Source: an uncultured Chitinophagaceae bacterium
GTDB lineage: Bacteria; Bacteroidota; Bacteroidia; Chitinophagales; Chitinophagaceae
Length of the DNA stretch: 64,000 nt
NCBI GenBank assembly: GCA_964605065.1
Contig: CAZSAQ010000003.1
Span: 234,210 to 298,209 of the forward strand
Direction of reading: 5' to 3'
Shown: positions 19,271 to 27,109 of the stretch, piece after piece
Numbering within the stretch: the first letter of the stretch is position 1
Layout: the number at the start of each line of letters is the position of its first letter
Position numbers and translations under genes: made by a program
Notes under the pieces: generated by a model
What the model was told of the DNA's origin: nothing
The model's database searches: none
The model's input: the letters and a program-made list of their open reading frames with translations, nothing else

Positions 19271-19996
19271 TTACACAGAGTGATTGCGGCGGTCAAAGTC
19301 CTGTTTTGACAATTCCTGGTGTAGCCGTATGGAACGTAACGACATTTTGAGCGCGAAATAATAAGATACCATGGCGCCGGTAAACAGCAAACTGGCCGAA
19401 ATATATTTCGTAACAGATTCGCTGTTTTGCAGAAAAAGGAAGAAATCAAAAGTGCCGTGAAAGAAAGCAGCGATCAGCAAGCCCCTCCACAAATATTGCA
19501 GGGAATGTTCGGAATCAAATTTTGCCAGGCCCGCATGATAGCCCATCAGTACTCCAAAACAGGCATGCGCCGGAACGGAGAGAAACATTCGTAACAACCC
19601 GGTGGTGTACCCGTTTTCCAATACATATCCTACATTTTCAAGGGTGGCAAACCCCATGCTCACCATCACCGAATAGATTATGCCATCGAAAGGCTCGTCG
19701 AAGGCCTTCCGGGTATAGCCGTACCATCGCAGCATGATAAATTTGGAAGCTTCCTCGCCAAATCCAACCACAACATAGGCGAAAACAGCGTAATATCCGA
19801 TGGTTTTGCTATGAAAGAACTGCAGCACCTTTGGTTCATAGTATAACTGAAAAACAAGGGCGGGAACGGTACTCAGCACTCCCAGTAAAAAAGATACAAA
19901 CAGGTGCCTGACCGGCTCACGGTCGTATTTGTCTTTACTGTATATATAAAAGATGATCGCAATGGCCGGGGCCAGTGCCAGGGCTACCAGGTACAT
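19271..19996 (-). CDS. PrsW-family intramembrane glutamic protease
   Basis: Multi-TM protein with VVGFGEEASKF and FHGTFDFF motifs (PrsW EExxK/HxxxD). Confidence 0.8.
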   Translation of the reverse strand: MYLVALALAPAIAIIFYIYSKDKYDREPVRHLFVSFLLGVLSTVPALVFQLYYEPKVLQFFHSKTIGYYAVFAYVVVGFGEEASKFIMLRWYGYTRKAFDEPFDGIIYSVMVSMGFATLENVGYVLENGYTTGLLRMFLSVPAHACFGVLMGYHAGLAKFDSEHSLQYLWRGLLIAAFFHGTFDFFLFLQNSESVTKYISASLLFTGAMVSYYFALKMSLRSIRLHQELSKQDFDRRNHSV

Positions 19997-20023
19997 GATT
20001 CAAATTTACCGGAAAGCAGGCAC

Positions 20024-20056
20024 AAAAAAACCCCGTATCTTTTGGATACGGGGTTT
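20024..20056 (-). terminator. Rho-independent terminator of icd (minus strand)
   Basis: Minus-strand stem ccccgtatc/gatacgggg with loop aaaa, followed by UUUUUUU (plus-strand A-run 20024-20030). Confidence 0.7.
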
Positions 20057-20073
20057 GTCCATAACGTTCGATT

Positions 20074-21306
20074 TTATAACCCTGTCTTCTTTTTCAGATT
20101 CTGGTCGATGGCATCCAGGAACTCTTCCGTATACAGGAAATGGGCTCCGTGTTCCACTTTGTTTCCGTGAATACAAACGGCAAGGTCCTTGGTCATTTTG
20201 CCGCTTTCAACGGTTTCAATACAAACCTGCTCGAGGGCGTTGCAGAAATCGATCAGCTCGGTATTATTGTCCAGTTTGCCGCGGAAGGCCAATCCTCTTG
20301 TCCAGGCAAAGATGGACGCAATCGGGTTGGTAGAGGTAGGTTTGCCTTTCTGGTGATCGCGGTAGTGGCGGGTAACCGTTCCGTGTGCAGCTTCTGCTTC
20401 CATGGTTTTGCCGTCGGGCGTTACCAGTACGGATGTCATCAGGCCAAGAGAACCAAATCCCTGTGCCACGGTATCGCTTTGAACGTCGCCATCGTAGTTT
20501 TTACAGGCCCAGACAAACTTGCCATTCCACTTCAGGGCGCTGGCTACCATATCGTCAATCAATCTGTGTTCATAAGTAATGCCTGCTTTTTCAAATGCCG
20601 TCTTGAACTCGTTGTCATAGATATCCTGGAAGATATCCTTGAAACGTCCGTCATATTTCTTGAGGATGGTATTCTTGGTGCTCATGTACAGGGGCCAGCC
20701 TTTCTGAAGCGCCATGTTGAAACAACTGCGGGCGAAACCAATGATGCTTTCGTCGGTATTGTACATGCTCAGCGCCACACCGGCTCCCTTGAATTGGTAC
20801 ACTTCGTGCTCGATTACTTTCCCGTCTTCCCCTTCAAACTTTACCGTCAGCTTTCCTTTTCCGGGAACCACAAAATCGGTGGCGCGGTACTGATCGCCAA
20901 AGGCGTGACGCCCAACGATGATGGGGCTGTCCCAGTTGGTTACCAGTCGGGGGATGTTTTTTATTACGATCGGCTCACGGAATACCGTACCGTCGAGGAT
21001 ATTGCGGATGGTGCCATTGGGGCTCTTCCACATTTGTTTCAGGTTGAATTCTTTTACCCTTGCTTCATCGGGAGTGATGGTGGCACACTTAATACCCACA
21101 CCGTATTGTTTGATGGCGTTGGCCGAATCGATCGTCACCTGGTCGTTGGTGGCGTCGCGATGCTCAATGCCAAGATCGAAGTATTTGATGTCAACATCCA
21201 CATAAGGAAGTATCAGTTTCTCCTTGATGAATTTCCAGATGATCCGGGTCATTTCATCACCGTCCAGTTCCACAACAGGATTAGCTACCTTGATTTTCTT
21301 TGCCAT
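20074..21306 (-). CDS. icd: NADP-dependent isocitrate dehydrogenase (dimeric, eukaryote-like type)
   Basis: [24 protein letters not shown]...[16 protein letters not shown]. The track ORF extends 52 codons upstream and the start at 21306 fits the homologues. Confidence 0.9.
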   Translation of the reverse strand: MAKKIKVANPVVELDGDEMTRIIWKFIKEKLILPYVDVDIKYFDLGIEHRDATNDQVTIDSANAIKQYGVGIKCATITPDEARVKEFNLKQMWKSPNGTIRNILDGTVFREPIVIKNIPRLVTNWDSPIIVGRHAFGDQYRATDFVVPGKGKLTVKFEGEDGKVIEHEVYQFKGAGVALSMYNTDESIIGFARSCFNMALQKGWPLYMSTKNTILKKYDGRFKDIFQDIYDNEFKTAFEKAGITYEHRLIDDMVASALKWNGKFVWACKNYDGDVQSDTVAQGFGSLGLMTSVLVTPDGKTMEAEAAHGTVTRHYRDHQKGKPTSTNPIASIFAWTRGLAFRGKLDNNTELIDFCNALEQVCIETVESGKMTKDLAVCIHGNKVEHGAHFLYTEEFLDAIDQNLKKKTGL

Positions 21307-21496
21307 GATTTGGTCTTTAAGTGTTTTATTGGTGTGCAAACCTAAGGAAATGATGGTATTTCGCAAAGGGCAGCCCCTTTCTTTATCAATGAGTTGAAGA
21401 AAGCCGGACAGCCCGCTGTCGCCACTCGTACATTTTTTGGTCGAATGATTGGGTAAAAACAAGGTAATTCAATGGGCAATCGACTAAATTGCAGCC

Positions 21497-22087
21497 ATGA
21501 CCAGAAATTTTGCGGAATATCTGGGCCGGTACTTGGCGCTGAGTAGTGATGAGATAGGACAGTTATCTCAGGTGCTGGAAACGCGTTCATTCGATAAAAA
21601 AGTGCGGCTGACAGATGTCGGAGAGGTGGAACAGTATATGAACTTTGTTGAACGAGGCTTACTTCGGAAATTCTTTATAAAGGGAAAGGAACAGGTGGTA
21701 AAACACATTGCCAAAGAAGGCAATATCCTGGCTTCCTCTGTTTCGTTTTTTTACAGGCAACCCTCTCGCTACATTGTTGAAACCATCGAGCCAACTGTGG
21801 TTACTTCCATCAGTTGTGAAAACCTCGAAACCTTATTCGCTTCCGGTGGACGGTGGGAGCGTATCGGAAGATTGCTGATGACCGATTTCCTGATCGAAAA
21901 GGAATACTGGCTGCTCGATCACATCCGGTACACGCCCCGTGAAAGGTTTTTGCGATTCATGAAAGAGCAGCCCGACCTGCTGCAGCGTGTGCCGCAAAAA
22001 TACCTGGCTTCTTATCTCGATATCAAGCCGGAAACCTTCAGTCGCCTAAAGCACCTGATGTTCCTGAAAAATGATAACGCATCCTGA
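21497..22087 (+). CDS. Crp/Fnr-family transcriptional regulator (cNMP-binding + HTH)
   Basis: The HTH region is QRVPQKYLASYLDIKPETFSRLKHL. Confidence 0.8.
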   Translation: MTRNFAEYLGRYLALSSDEIGQLSQVLETRSFDKKVRLTDVGEVEQYMNFVERGLLRKFFIKGKEQVVKHIAKEGNILASSVSFFYRQPSRYIVETIEPTVVTSISCENLETLFASGGRWERIGRLLMTDFLIEKEYWLLDHIRYTPRERFLRFMKEQPDLLQRVPQKYLASYLDIKPETFSRLKHLMFLKNDNAS

Positions 22088-22115
22088 ATCATTGCAACAA
22101 ATTTGACCCTGGAAG

Positions 22116-22724
22116 ATGACGACTGTTATTAATAAAGCAGACCCCGTAGTTTTCAATTTTGTACTGGAAAGACTTCAACGCTTTTTTCCTGTAACCCAGG
22201 AACAGGCCATGATGATGCTTAACTACAGCGAAATGCGTTACATCGATAAGAAAACGGTGCTGGTAGAAGAAGGGGGGATCGAAGATTATCTTAATATGGT
22301 TGTGAGCGGCCTGGCCCGGAAATACGTACGCAAAGGTAAAAGTGAGATCACCCTGCAGCTGGCTACCGAAGGCCATATCATACATTCCGAAATTTCATTT
22401 CTCCAAAGATGCCCCTCACCGGTGGTGGTGGAAACCATCGAACCCACCACTTTCATTTCGGTTTCCTATAGCAATTACCTGGACGCGCTGGAAAAAATGC
22501 CCGGTGCCGACCGTATCGGCCGGCTACTGGTAACTGCCATGTTTGTAAAGAAAGACGAAAGACATTATAACCAGTTGCAGCAAACCACGCGTGAGAGATT
22601 CCTGGAATACATGAAGAATCATCCCCACATGCTTCAACGCGTGCCGCAAAAATACCTGGCCTCCTATCTCAATATCAAACCCGAAACATTCAGCCGGCTC
22701 AAACACCTGGTTAAGCTGAAATAG
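22116..22724 (+). CDS. Crp/Fnr-family transcriptional regulator, tandem paralog of the upstream gene
   Basis: The HTH QRVPQKYLASYLNIKPETFSRLKHL is nearly identical to the neighbour and the N-terminal cNMP domain is diverged. Confidence 0.8.
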   Translation: MTTVINKADPVVFNFVLERLQRFFPVTQEQAMMMLNYSEMRYIDKKTVLVEEGGIEDYLNMVVSGLARKYVRKGKSEITLQLATEGHIIHSEISFLQRCPSPVVVETIEPTTFISVSYSNYLDALEKMPGADRIGRLLVTAMFVKKDERHYNQLQQTTRERFLEYMKNHPHMLQRVPQKYLASYLNIKPETFSRLKHLVKLK

Positions 22725-22908
22725 GAAAGAAAAAATGAATTAGCCAATGAGCCAATGGAGAAAAATTCCGAATGACGAATGACGAATTACTAAATACGGA
22801 TTAAATTAGCCAATTAGTGAATCACTGTTGTCCGGTTAAGACTTTACGGTTCTTTAAAAAAATACCCGCATTTCTTCCATCCGCATTGGCTCCCACCCTC
22901 ACCCCCAG

Positions 22909-22931
22909 CCCCTCTCCCGCGGGTAGAGGGG
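22909..22931. repeat. GC-rich hairpin (cccctctccc-gc-gggtagagggg) in convergent spacer
   Basis: Outer 7-bp arms cccctct/agagggg with an inner self-complementary cccgcggg. Confidence 0.5.
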
Positions 22932-23061
22932 AGTAATTCAGTAATTAGACTTTTCCTGGTATAATTACTGTTGCAGGTTTAATGCATGGTTTTTGAATAA
23001 TTGCCCGGCTTTATTCTGCAGCTGTTCACCACCGAAGAACTGAAGCTGGGCGTTAGACTAC

Positions 23062-23101
23062 GGAAACCGGGCTGTACATCGGTTTCCGGTCGCCTTTTTT
23101 T
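23062..23101 (+). terminator. Hairpin + T7 run (candidate intrinsic terminator)
   Basis: ggaaaccg/cggtttcc 8-bp stem with a 10-nt loop, then ggtcgcc and TTTTTTT. Confidence 0.45.
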
Positions 23102-23103
23102 GT

Positions 23104-23135
23104 GGTACTTTTTTTGGCGAAACAAAAAAAGTACC
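23104..23135. repeat. Perfect 12-bp-arm palindrome ggtacttttttt-ggcgaaac-aaaaaaagtacc
   Basis: Exact reverse-complement arms. Candidate bidirectional terminator for the convergent crp paralog and mntH genes. Confidence 0.55.
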
Positions 23136-23182
23136 ATCAGCGACTTGCCCCGGCAACAATGCCTCTATTATGCTCGCAAAAG

Positions 23183-23345
23183 CACTCGCTCCCGCACTCG
23201 CTCCCGCTCTCACTCCCGCTCTCGCTCTCACTCTCACTCTCAGTCACATTCTCTCGCTCTCAGTCTCGCCCTCTATCTCATTCTCTCTATCTCTATCTCT
23301 ATCTCATTCTCTTTCCCATTCTCATTCTCTTTCTCCTTCCGCGTC
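23183..23345. repeat. Degenerate hexanucleotide tandem repeat (CTCNYT)n, about 27 units, >80% pyrimidine on the + strand
   Basis: ctcgct cccgca ctcgct cccgct ctcact cccgct ctcgct ctcact ctcact ctcagt ... ctctat ctcatt. Units drift from G-containing to A/T-containing along the tract. Confidence 0.85.
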
Positions 23346-23362
23346 ATCCGCTTGCTTAGCCG

Positions 23363-25246
23363 TTAGAGGTTTACCACGAGCAGCGGGATTTTCAATTCGT
23401 GGCGAACGCCTTCAATCGTTTCTCCATATAACCAGTCTTTAATGCCTGTATGACCATGCGCGCCGATGATGAGCATATCCGCCTCGTTTTCCTTTACCAG
23501 CCTGGCAATCTCCTTTGCCCGTTTGTTGAATCCGAGTTTTCCTTCGGCACGCAGCCCGTTTTGTTCGAGCAAGCGTACATATTGCTGCAGTCGTTCCTCG
23601 TCGGTACGCGTTTCATAGTCATCGCTCTCTCTTCCCAGCATTCGCGAGGAGGCGCTTTCCACCACATGGATCAGCAGGTACCGGGTATCAGGTTTACCCT
23701 GGCTGATGGCATGGGCCAGCAGCTTCTCGTCGTTTTCGCTGAAATCCAATGCCACCGCTATTTTCCGGTAAAATGGAATTTCGGAGAACACCAGGTTTTT
23801 GCCGGCAGGATGGAGGTTGATATCTTTTCCTCGCCTTTTCCTCGGTAGCCAGGGAAACAGGCTGATATATACCAGCAGGCCTAACAGCGAAGCAGAACCG
23901 GCGATTATCAGGATCTTCCAGCCGATATGTCCGGCACGGCCAAAGTAGTCGACAATTTCCCCGACCACCATTTTTATGTTCAGGTAAACAAGAATGGCAG
24001 CGATCAGCCAGGCAAGGAGTTTAACGTAAGGTTTGATCACGAACTCACCCATCTTCTCTTTATCGCTTACAAAATGTATAAGGGGGATGATGGCAAATCC
24101 CAATTGCAGGCTGAGGATCACCTGGCTGAGGATAAGAAGTTTGTCTACTTCCTGGTCTCCATAAATACCGATCAGCACAACAGCCGGAACGATGGCGAGC
24201 AAGCGGGTAAGCAACCTTCGCATCCAGGGATTGATACGAAGTTTCAGATAACCTTCCATTACGATCTGGCCCGCGAGGGTACCGGTTACTGTAGAACTTT
24301 GCCCGGCGGCTATCAGGGCAACGGCAAACAAAACCGGGGCCATTTTGGATCCCAGCAACTGGTTGAGCAACTCATGCGCCTGTTTCAATTCAGCCACATC
24401 TGTCCGGCCGGATTTAAAAAATACCGTTGCCGCCAATACCAGGATGGCTGCATTCACCAGGAACGCAATATTCAGGGCTATGGCCGAATCCAGGAAATTC
24501 CATTTCAAGGCCTGCCGGATTCCTGCACTCGTCCTTTGTATTTTCCGTGTTTGAACCAGGGCCGAATGCAGGTAAAGATTGTGCGGCATCACCGTTGCTC
24601 CAATGATACCGATGGCGATATAAAGCGCTTCATTATTGGGGATCGTGGGCACAAAGCCGGTCAACATTTCTCCGGGGGAAGGTTTTGCCAGGATGATCTC
24701 CACCAGGAAGCTGAGGCCAACAATGGCCACCAGCCCGATGATAAATGCTTCCATCTTTCGCATGCCCAACCGTTGAAGAAACAGCAGCAGAAAAGTATCG
24801 AAAACCGTAATGGCAACACCCCAGATCAGGGGAAGGCCCGTCAGCAAATGGATACCAATGGCCATACCCAATACCTCTGCCAGGTCACAGGCGGCGATGG
24901 CGATCTCTGCCAATGCGTACAGGGCGATGTTAACCATCTTCGGATAGGTTTCGCGATTGGCCTGCGCCAGGTCACGCCCTCTCACAATTCCCAGGCGCGT
25001 CGAAAGCCCCTGCAGCAGCAACGCCATCAGGTTGCTCATCAGCAACACCCAGATCAGTTTATAACCAAACTGGCTGCCACCTGCCAGGTCGGTAGCCCAG
25101 TTGCCCGGATCCATATACCCTACACTCACAAGATAGGCCGGTCCGAAAAACGCAAATGCCTTTCTCCAGCCCGATTTTTTCAGGCTGATATCTACCGAGC
25201 CATGCACATCGCTCAGCGAATGATCATGATGGGGGTTAGTCGTCAT
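23363..25246 (-). CDS. mntH: NRAMP-family divalent-metal (Mn2+/Fe2+) transporter fused to a C-terminal universal stress protein (UspA) domain
   Basis: The Nramp signature is GYMDPGNWATDLAGGSQFGYKLIWVLLMSNLMALLLQ. About 11 TM helices are followed by a C-terminal USP domain (KIAVALDFSEND...MLIIGAHGHTGIKDWLYGE...PLLVV). Confidence 0.9.
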   Translation of the reverse strand: MTTNPHHDHSLSDVHGSVDISLKKSGWRKAFAFFGPAYLVSVGYMDPGNWATDLAGGSQFGYKLIWVLLMSNLMALLLQGLSTRLGIVRGRDLAQANRETYPKMVNIALYALAEIAIAACDLAEVLGMAIGIHLLTGLPLIWGVAITVFDTFLLLFLQRLGMRKMEAFIIGLVAIVGLSFLVEIILAKPSPGEMLTGFVPTIPNNEALYIAIGIIGATVMPHNLYLHSALVQTRKIQRTSAGIRQALKWNFLDSAIALNIAFLVNAAILVLAATVFFKSGRTDVAELKQAHELLNQLLGSKMAPVLFAVALIAAGQSSTVTGTLAGQIVMEGYLKLRINPWMRRLLTRLLAIVPAVVLIGIYGDQEVDKLLILSQVILSLQLGFAIIPLIHFVSDKEKMGEFVIKPYVKLLAWLIAAILVYLNIKMVVGEIVDYFGRAGHIGWKILIIAGSASLLGLLVYISLFPWLPRKRRGKDINLHPAGKNLVFSEIPFYRKIAVALDFSENDEKLLAHAISQGKPDTRYLLIHVVESASSRMLGRESDDYETRTDEERLQQYVRLLEQNGLRAEGKLGFNKRAKEIARLVKENEADMLIIGAHGHTGIKDWLYGETIEGVRHELKIPLLVVNL

Positions 25247-25898
25247 ATTTTACAAATATGTTTTTAGCCACATGCTCGCTAACGGTCATGGGTGGGTGAT
25301 TTTTTAATTTTACCTCCACGGAATTGTCGAACGCGAACTTCTTTTTCACCTCGATTTTGCTTCCCAGCTGAATGTTGCGGTGATTCAGCAGCTCCAGCAT
25401 TTCGCCCGACTGATCACCGATGGCGCTCACTTCCGCCAGGATATGGGAAGGAAGATGCAGCAGGTCCACCTGCCGGGTAGTAGTGATTTTACCCTGGCTG
25501 TCGGGAATCGGGTCGCCATGAGGATCCATCTTCGGAAAATCCAGAAAGGCATCCAGCCGGTCGATCAGTTTTTTGCTGCTGATGTGTTCGAGCTCTTCAG
25601 CGATCTCGTGCACTTCATCCCACCCGAAATCCAGTTTGTGTACCAGGAAGTATTCCCAAAGCCGGTGCTTGCGAATGATCTGCAACGCCACTTTCCGCCC
25701 CTCAACGCTCAATCTGAAACCCTTGTATTTCTCATACTGCAGCAGCTTCTGCGTCTTTAATTTCTTGAGCATATCGGTAACCGATGCCGGTTTGGTATGC
25801 AGGGAGGCTGCCAGCTGCGTGGTACTCACCGTTCCCTCTTCCTCCTGTAAATGGAAGATCGCTTTGAGGTAGTTTTCCCGGCTGGCAGAATATTTCAT
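25236..25898 (-). CDS. DtxR/MntR-family metal-dependent transcriptional repressor with C-terminal FeoA domain
   Basis: MKYSASRENYLKAIFHLQEE...TTQLAASLHTKPASVTDMLKKL is the DtxR HTH, followed by RLWEYFL and a FeoA-like C-terminus. It overlaps mntH by 11 nt, so the two are likely an operon. Confidence 0.85.
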   Translation of the reverse strand: MKYSASRENYLKAIFHLQEEEGTVSTTQLAASLHTKPASVTDMLKKLKTQKLLQYEKYKGFRLSVEGRKVALQIIRKHRLWEYFLVHKLDFGWDEVHEIAEELEHISSKKLIDRLDAFLDFPKMDPHGDPIPDSQGKITTTRQVDLLHLPSHILAEVSAIGDQSGEMLELLNHRNIQLGSKIEVKKKFAFDNSVEVKLKNHPPMTVSEHVAKNIFVKYDD

Positions 25899-25900
25899 TG

Positions 25901-25920
25901 GCCTAAAATTAAATTTAGGC
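25901..25920. promoter_or_regulatory. Near-perfect 20-bp AT-rich palindrome immediately upstream of the DtxR-family repressor start (candidate operator overlapping a -7-like box)
   Basis: gcctaaaatt|aaatttaggc has 9/10 complementary positions per half. A related direct copy ctaaaattaatattt lies at 25924-25938. Confidence 0.4.
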
Positions 25921-26005
25921 AAATCTAAAATTAATATTTCTAAATTCCAACAAACTTTTCAACGTGTGGGGTTGAATGATTACTTTTAAGCGCCAACACT
26001 TTAGT

Positions 26006-26953
26006 ATGAAGAAACTGGTACTGATAGCGTTACTTCCGTTATTCCTGCTTTCCTGCAAAGGCCGTAAAAAAGTGCTGCAGGATGATGATATCGTTACCAT
26101 CGCCGATTTTATTGAGTTTTTCCCGGACGCTGCACTTCCGGTGAGAGTGGCGGATACGACACTGACCAGGAAAACGACCGACAGCTCACTGATCGGCTAT
26201 AAAATATTTATTCAGTTTATTCCCGATTCGGTGCTCGCCAGAGATTTCGGCAAAGGAGTGAAGCCGAAGTTGTACCCCATTGGCAAAGCCAGGGAAAAAA
26301 ATAAGGAAACCTACCTGTTCATCAAGGCCGTAAATGGGAGTAAGAGAATCGGGTACCTGGCCTGTTTCGACAAAGACAACCGGTATTTACAGGCGATGCC
26401 GCTGGTTCAAACCGACCAGGATCCGGGCACTTCCACCTACGGATCACTCGATTCAAAATTCCAGATCACCACCTATCGCGAGAAGAAACAGGGTAATGAG
26501 TCGCGATTCAAGCGCAACGTTTACATCTTTAACAGTACGACCAATCAGTTTATGCTGATCATGACGGAGCCGAACGAAGAAATGATCGAAAAAGTGATCA
26601 ACCCGATCGATACGCTGGCGCGCAAAAACAAATGGGCCGGCGACTATGTAAAGGATCCAAAGAATTTCATCAGCTTCCGGGATGGGAAACGGGCTGGTGA
26701 GCTCCTGTTTTTTGTTCATTTTGAAAAAGACAATGGCACCTGTAAAGGTGAACTGAAAGGATCGGCCCTGCCGGGGGCAAAAAATACGGCCACTTTCACC
26801 GATTCGGGCAATCCCTGTTCGCTGGAGTTTAGTTTTGAAGGCAATGTGGTAACCATGAAAGAAACAGGAGGATGTGGTAAATACAGGGATATCAAGTGCT
26901 TTTTTGAAGGAAGTTTCAGAAAAAAGGCCGAGCCGAAGCCGAAGAAGAAATAA
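26006..26953 (+). CDS. Hypothetical lipoprotein
   Basis: MKKLVLIALLPLFLLSCKG is a lipobox. The C-terminus KKAEPKPKKK is Lys-rich and there is no recognisable catalytic motif. Confidence 0.65.
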   Translation: MKKLVLIALLPLFLLSCKGRKKVLQDDDIVTIADFIEFFPDAALPVRVADTTLTRKTTDSSLIGYKIFIQFIPDSVLARDFGKGVKPKLYPIGKAREKNKETYLFIKAVNGSKRIGYLACFDKDNRYLQAMPLVQTDQDPGTSTYGSLDSKFQITTYREKKQGNESRFKRNVYIFNSTTNQFMLIMTEPNEEMIEKVINPIDTLARKNKWAGDYVKDPKNFISFRDGKRAGELLFFVHFEKDNGTCKGELKGSALPGAKNTATFTDSGNPCSLEFSFEGNVVTMKETGGCGKYRDIKCFFEGSFRKKAEPKPKKK

Positions 26954-27109
26954 AAACAATTCATTAACCAATTTCCCCTCCGGGATGCTTTTTAAGCAGA
27001 ACCTGCCCTCCGGGTACAATCGTATTTGATATTTTACCGTTATATTGCGGCCTCATTTGCGTAAAAAATACACACGCAAATTGCAGAGTTGTTGCTTGCT
27101 ACATTTTAA

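Noticed and set aside
20140-21345. 401-aa ORF antisense to icd
   Set aside because: It fully overlaps a highly conserved isocitrate dehydrogenase gene and has no homology signal. It is a typical stop-poor antisense frame.
23001-23442. Three overlapping six-frame ORFs (121, 85, 90 aa) translating to SRSRSHS.../LSLSLSL.../ALAPALT... low-complexity peptides
   Set aside because: They are read across the (CTCNYT)n hexamer repeat. They have periodic composition, no start context, and the frames are interchangeable. They are artefacts of the repeat, not genes.
23927-25267. 446-aa ORF antisense to mntH, and similar antisense ORFs at 7534-8241, 9801-10430 and 61138-61914
   Set aside because: They are embedded in well-supported genes on the other strand, with biased low-complexity translations. 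Rejected as spurious.
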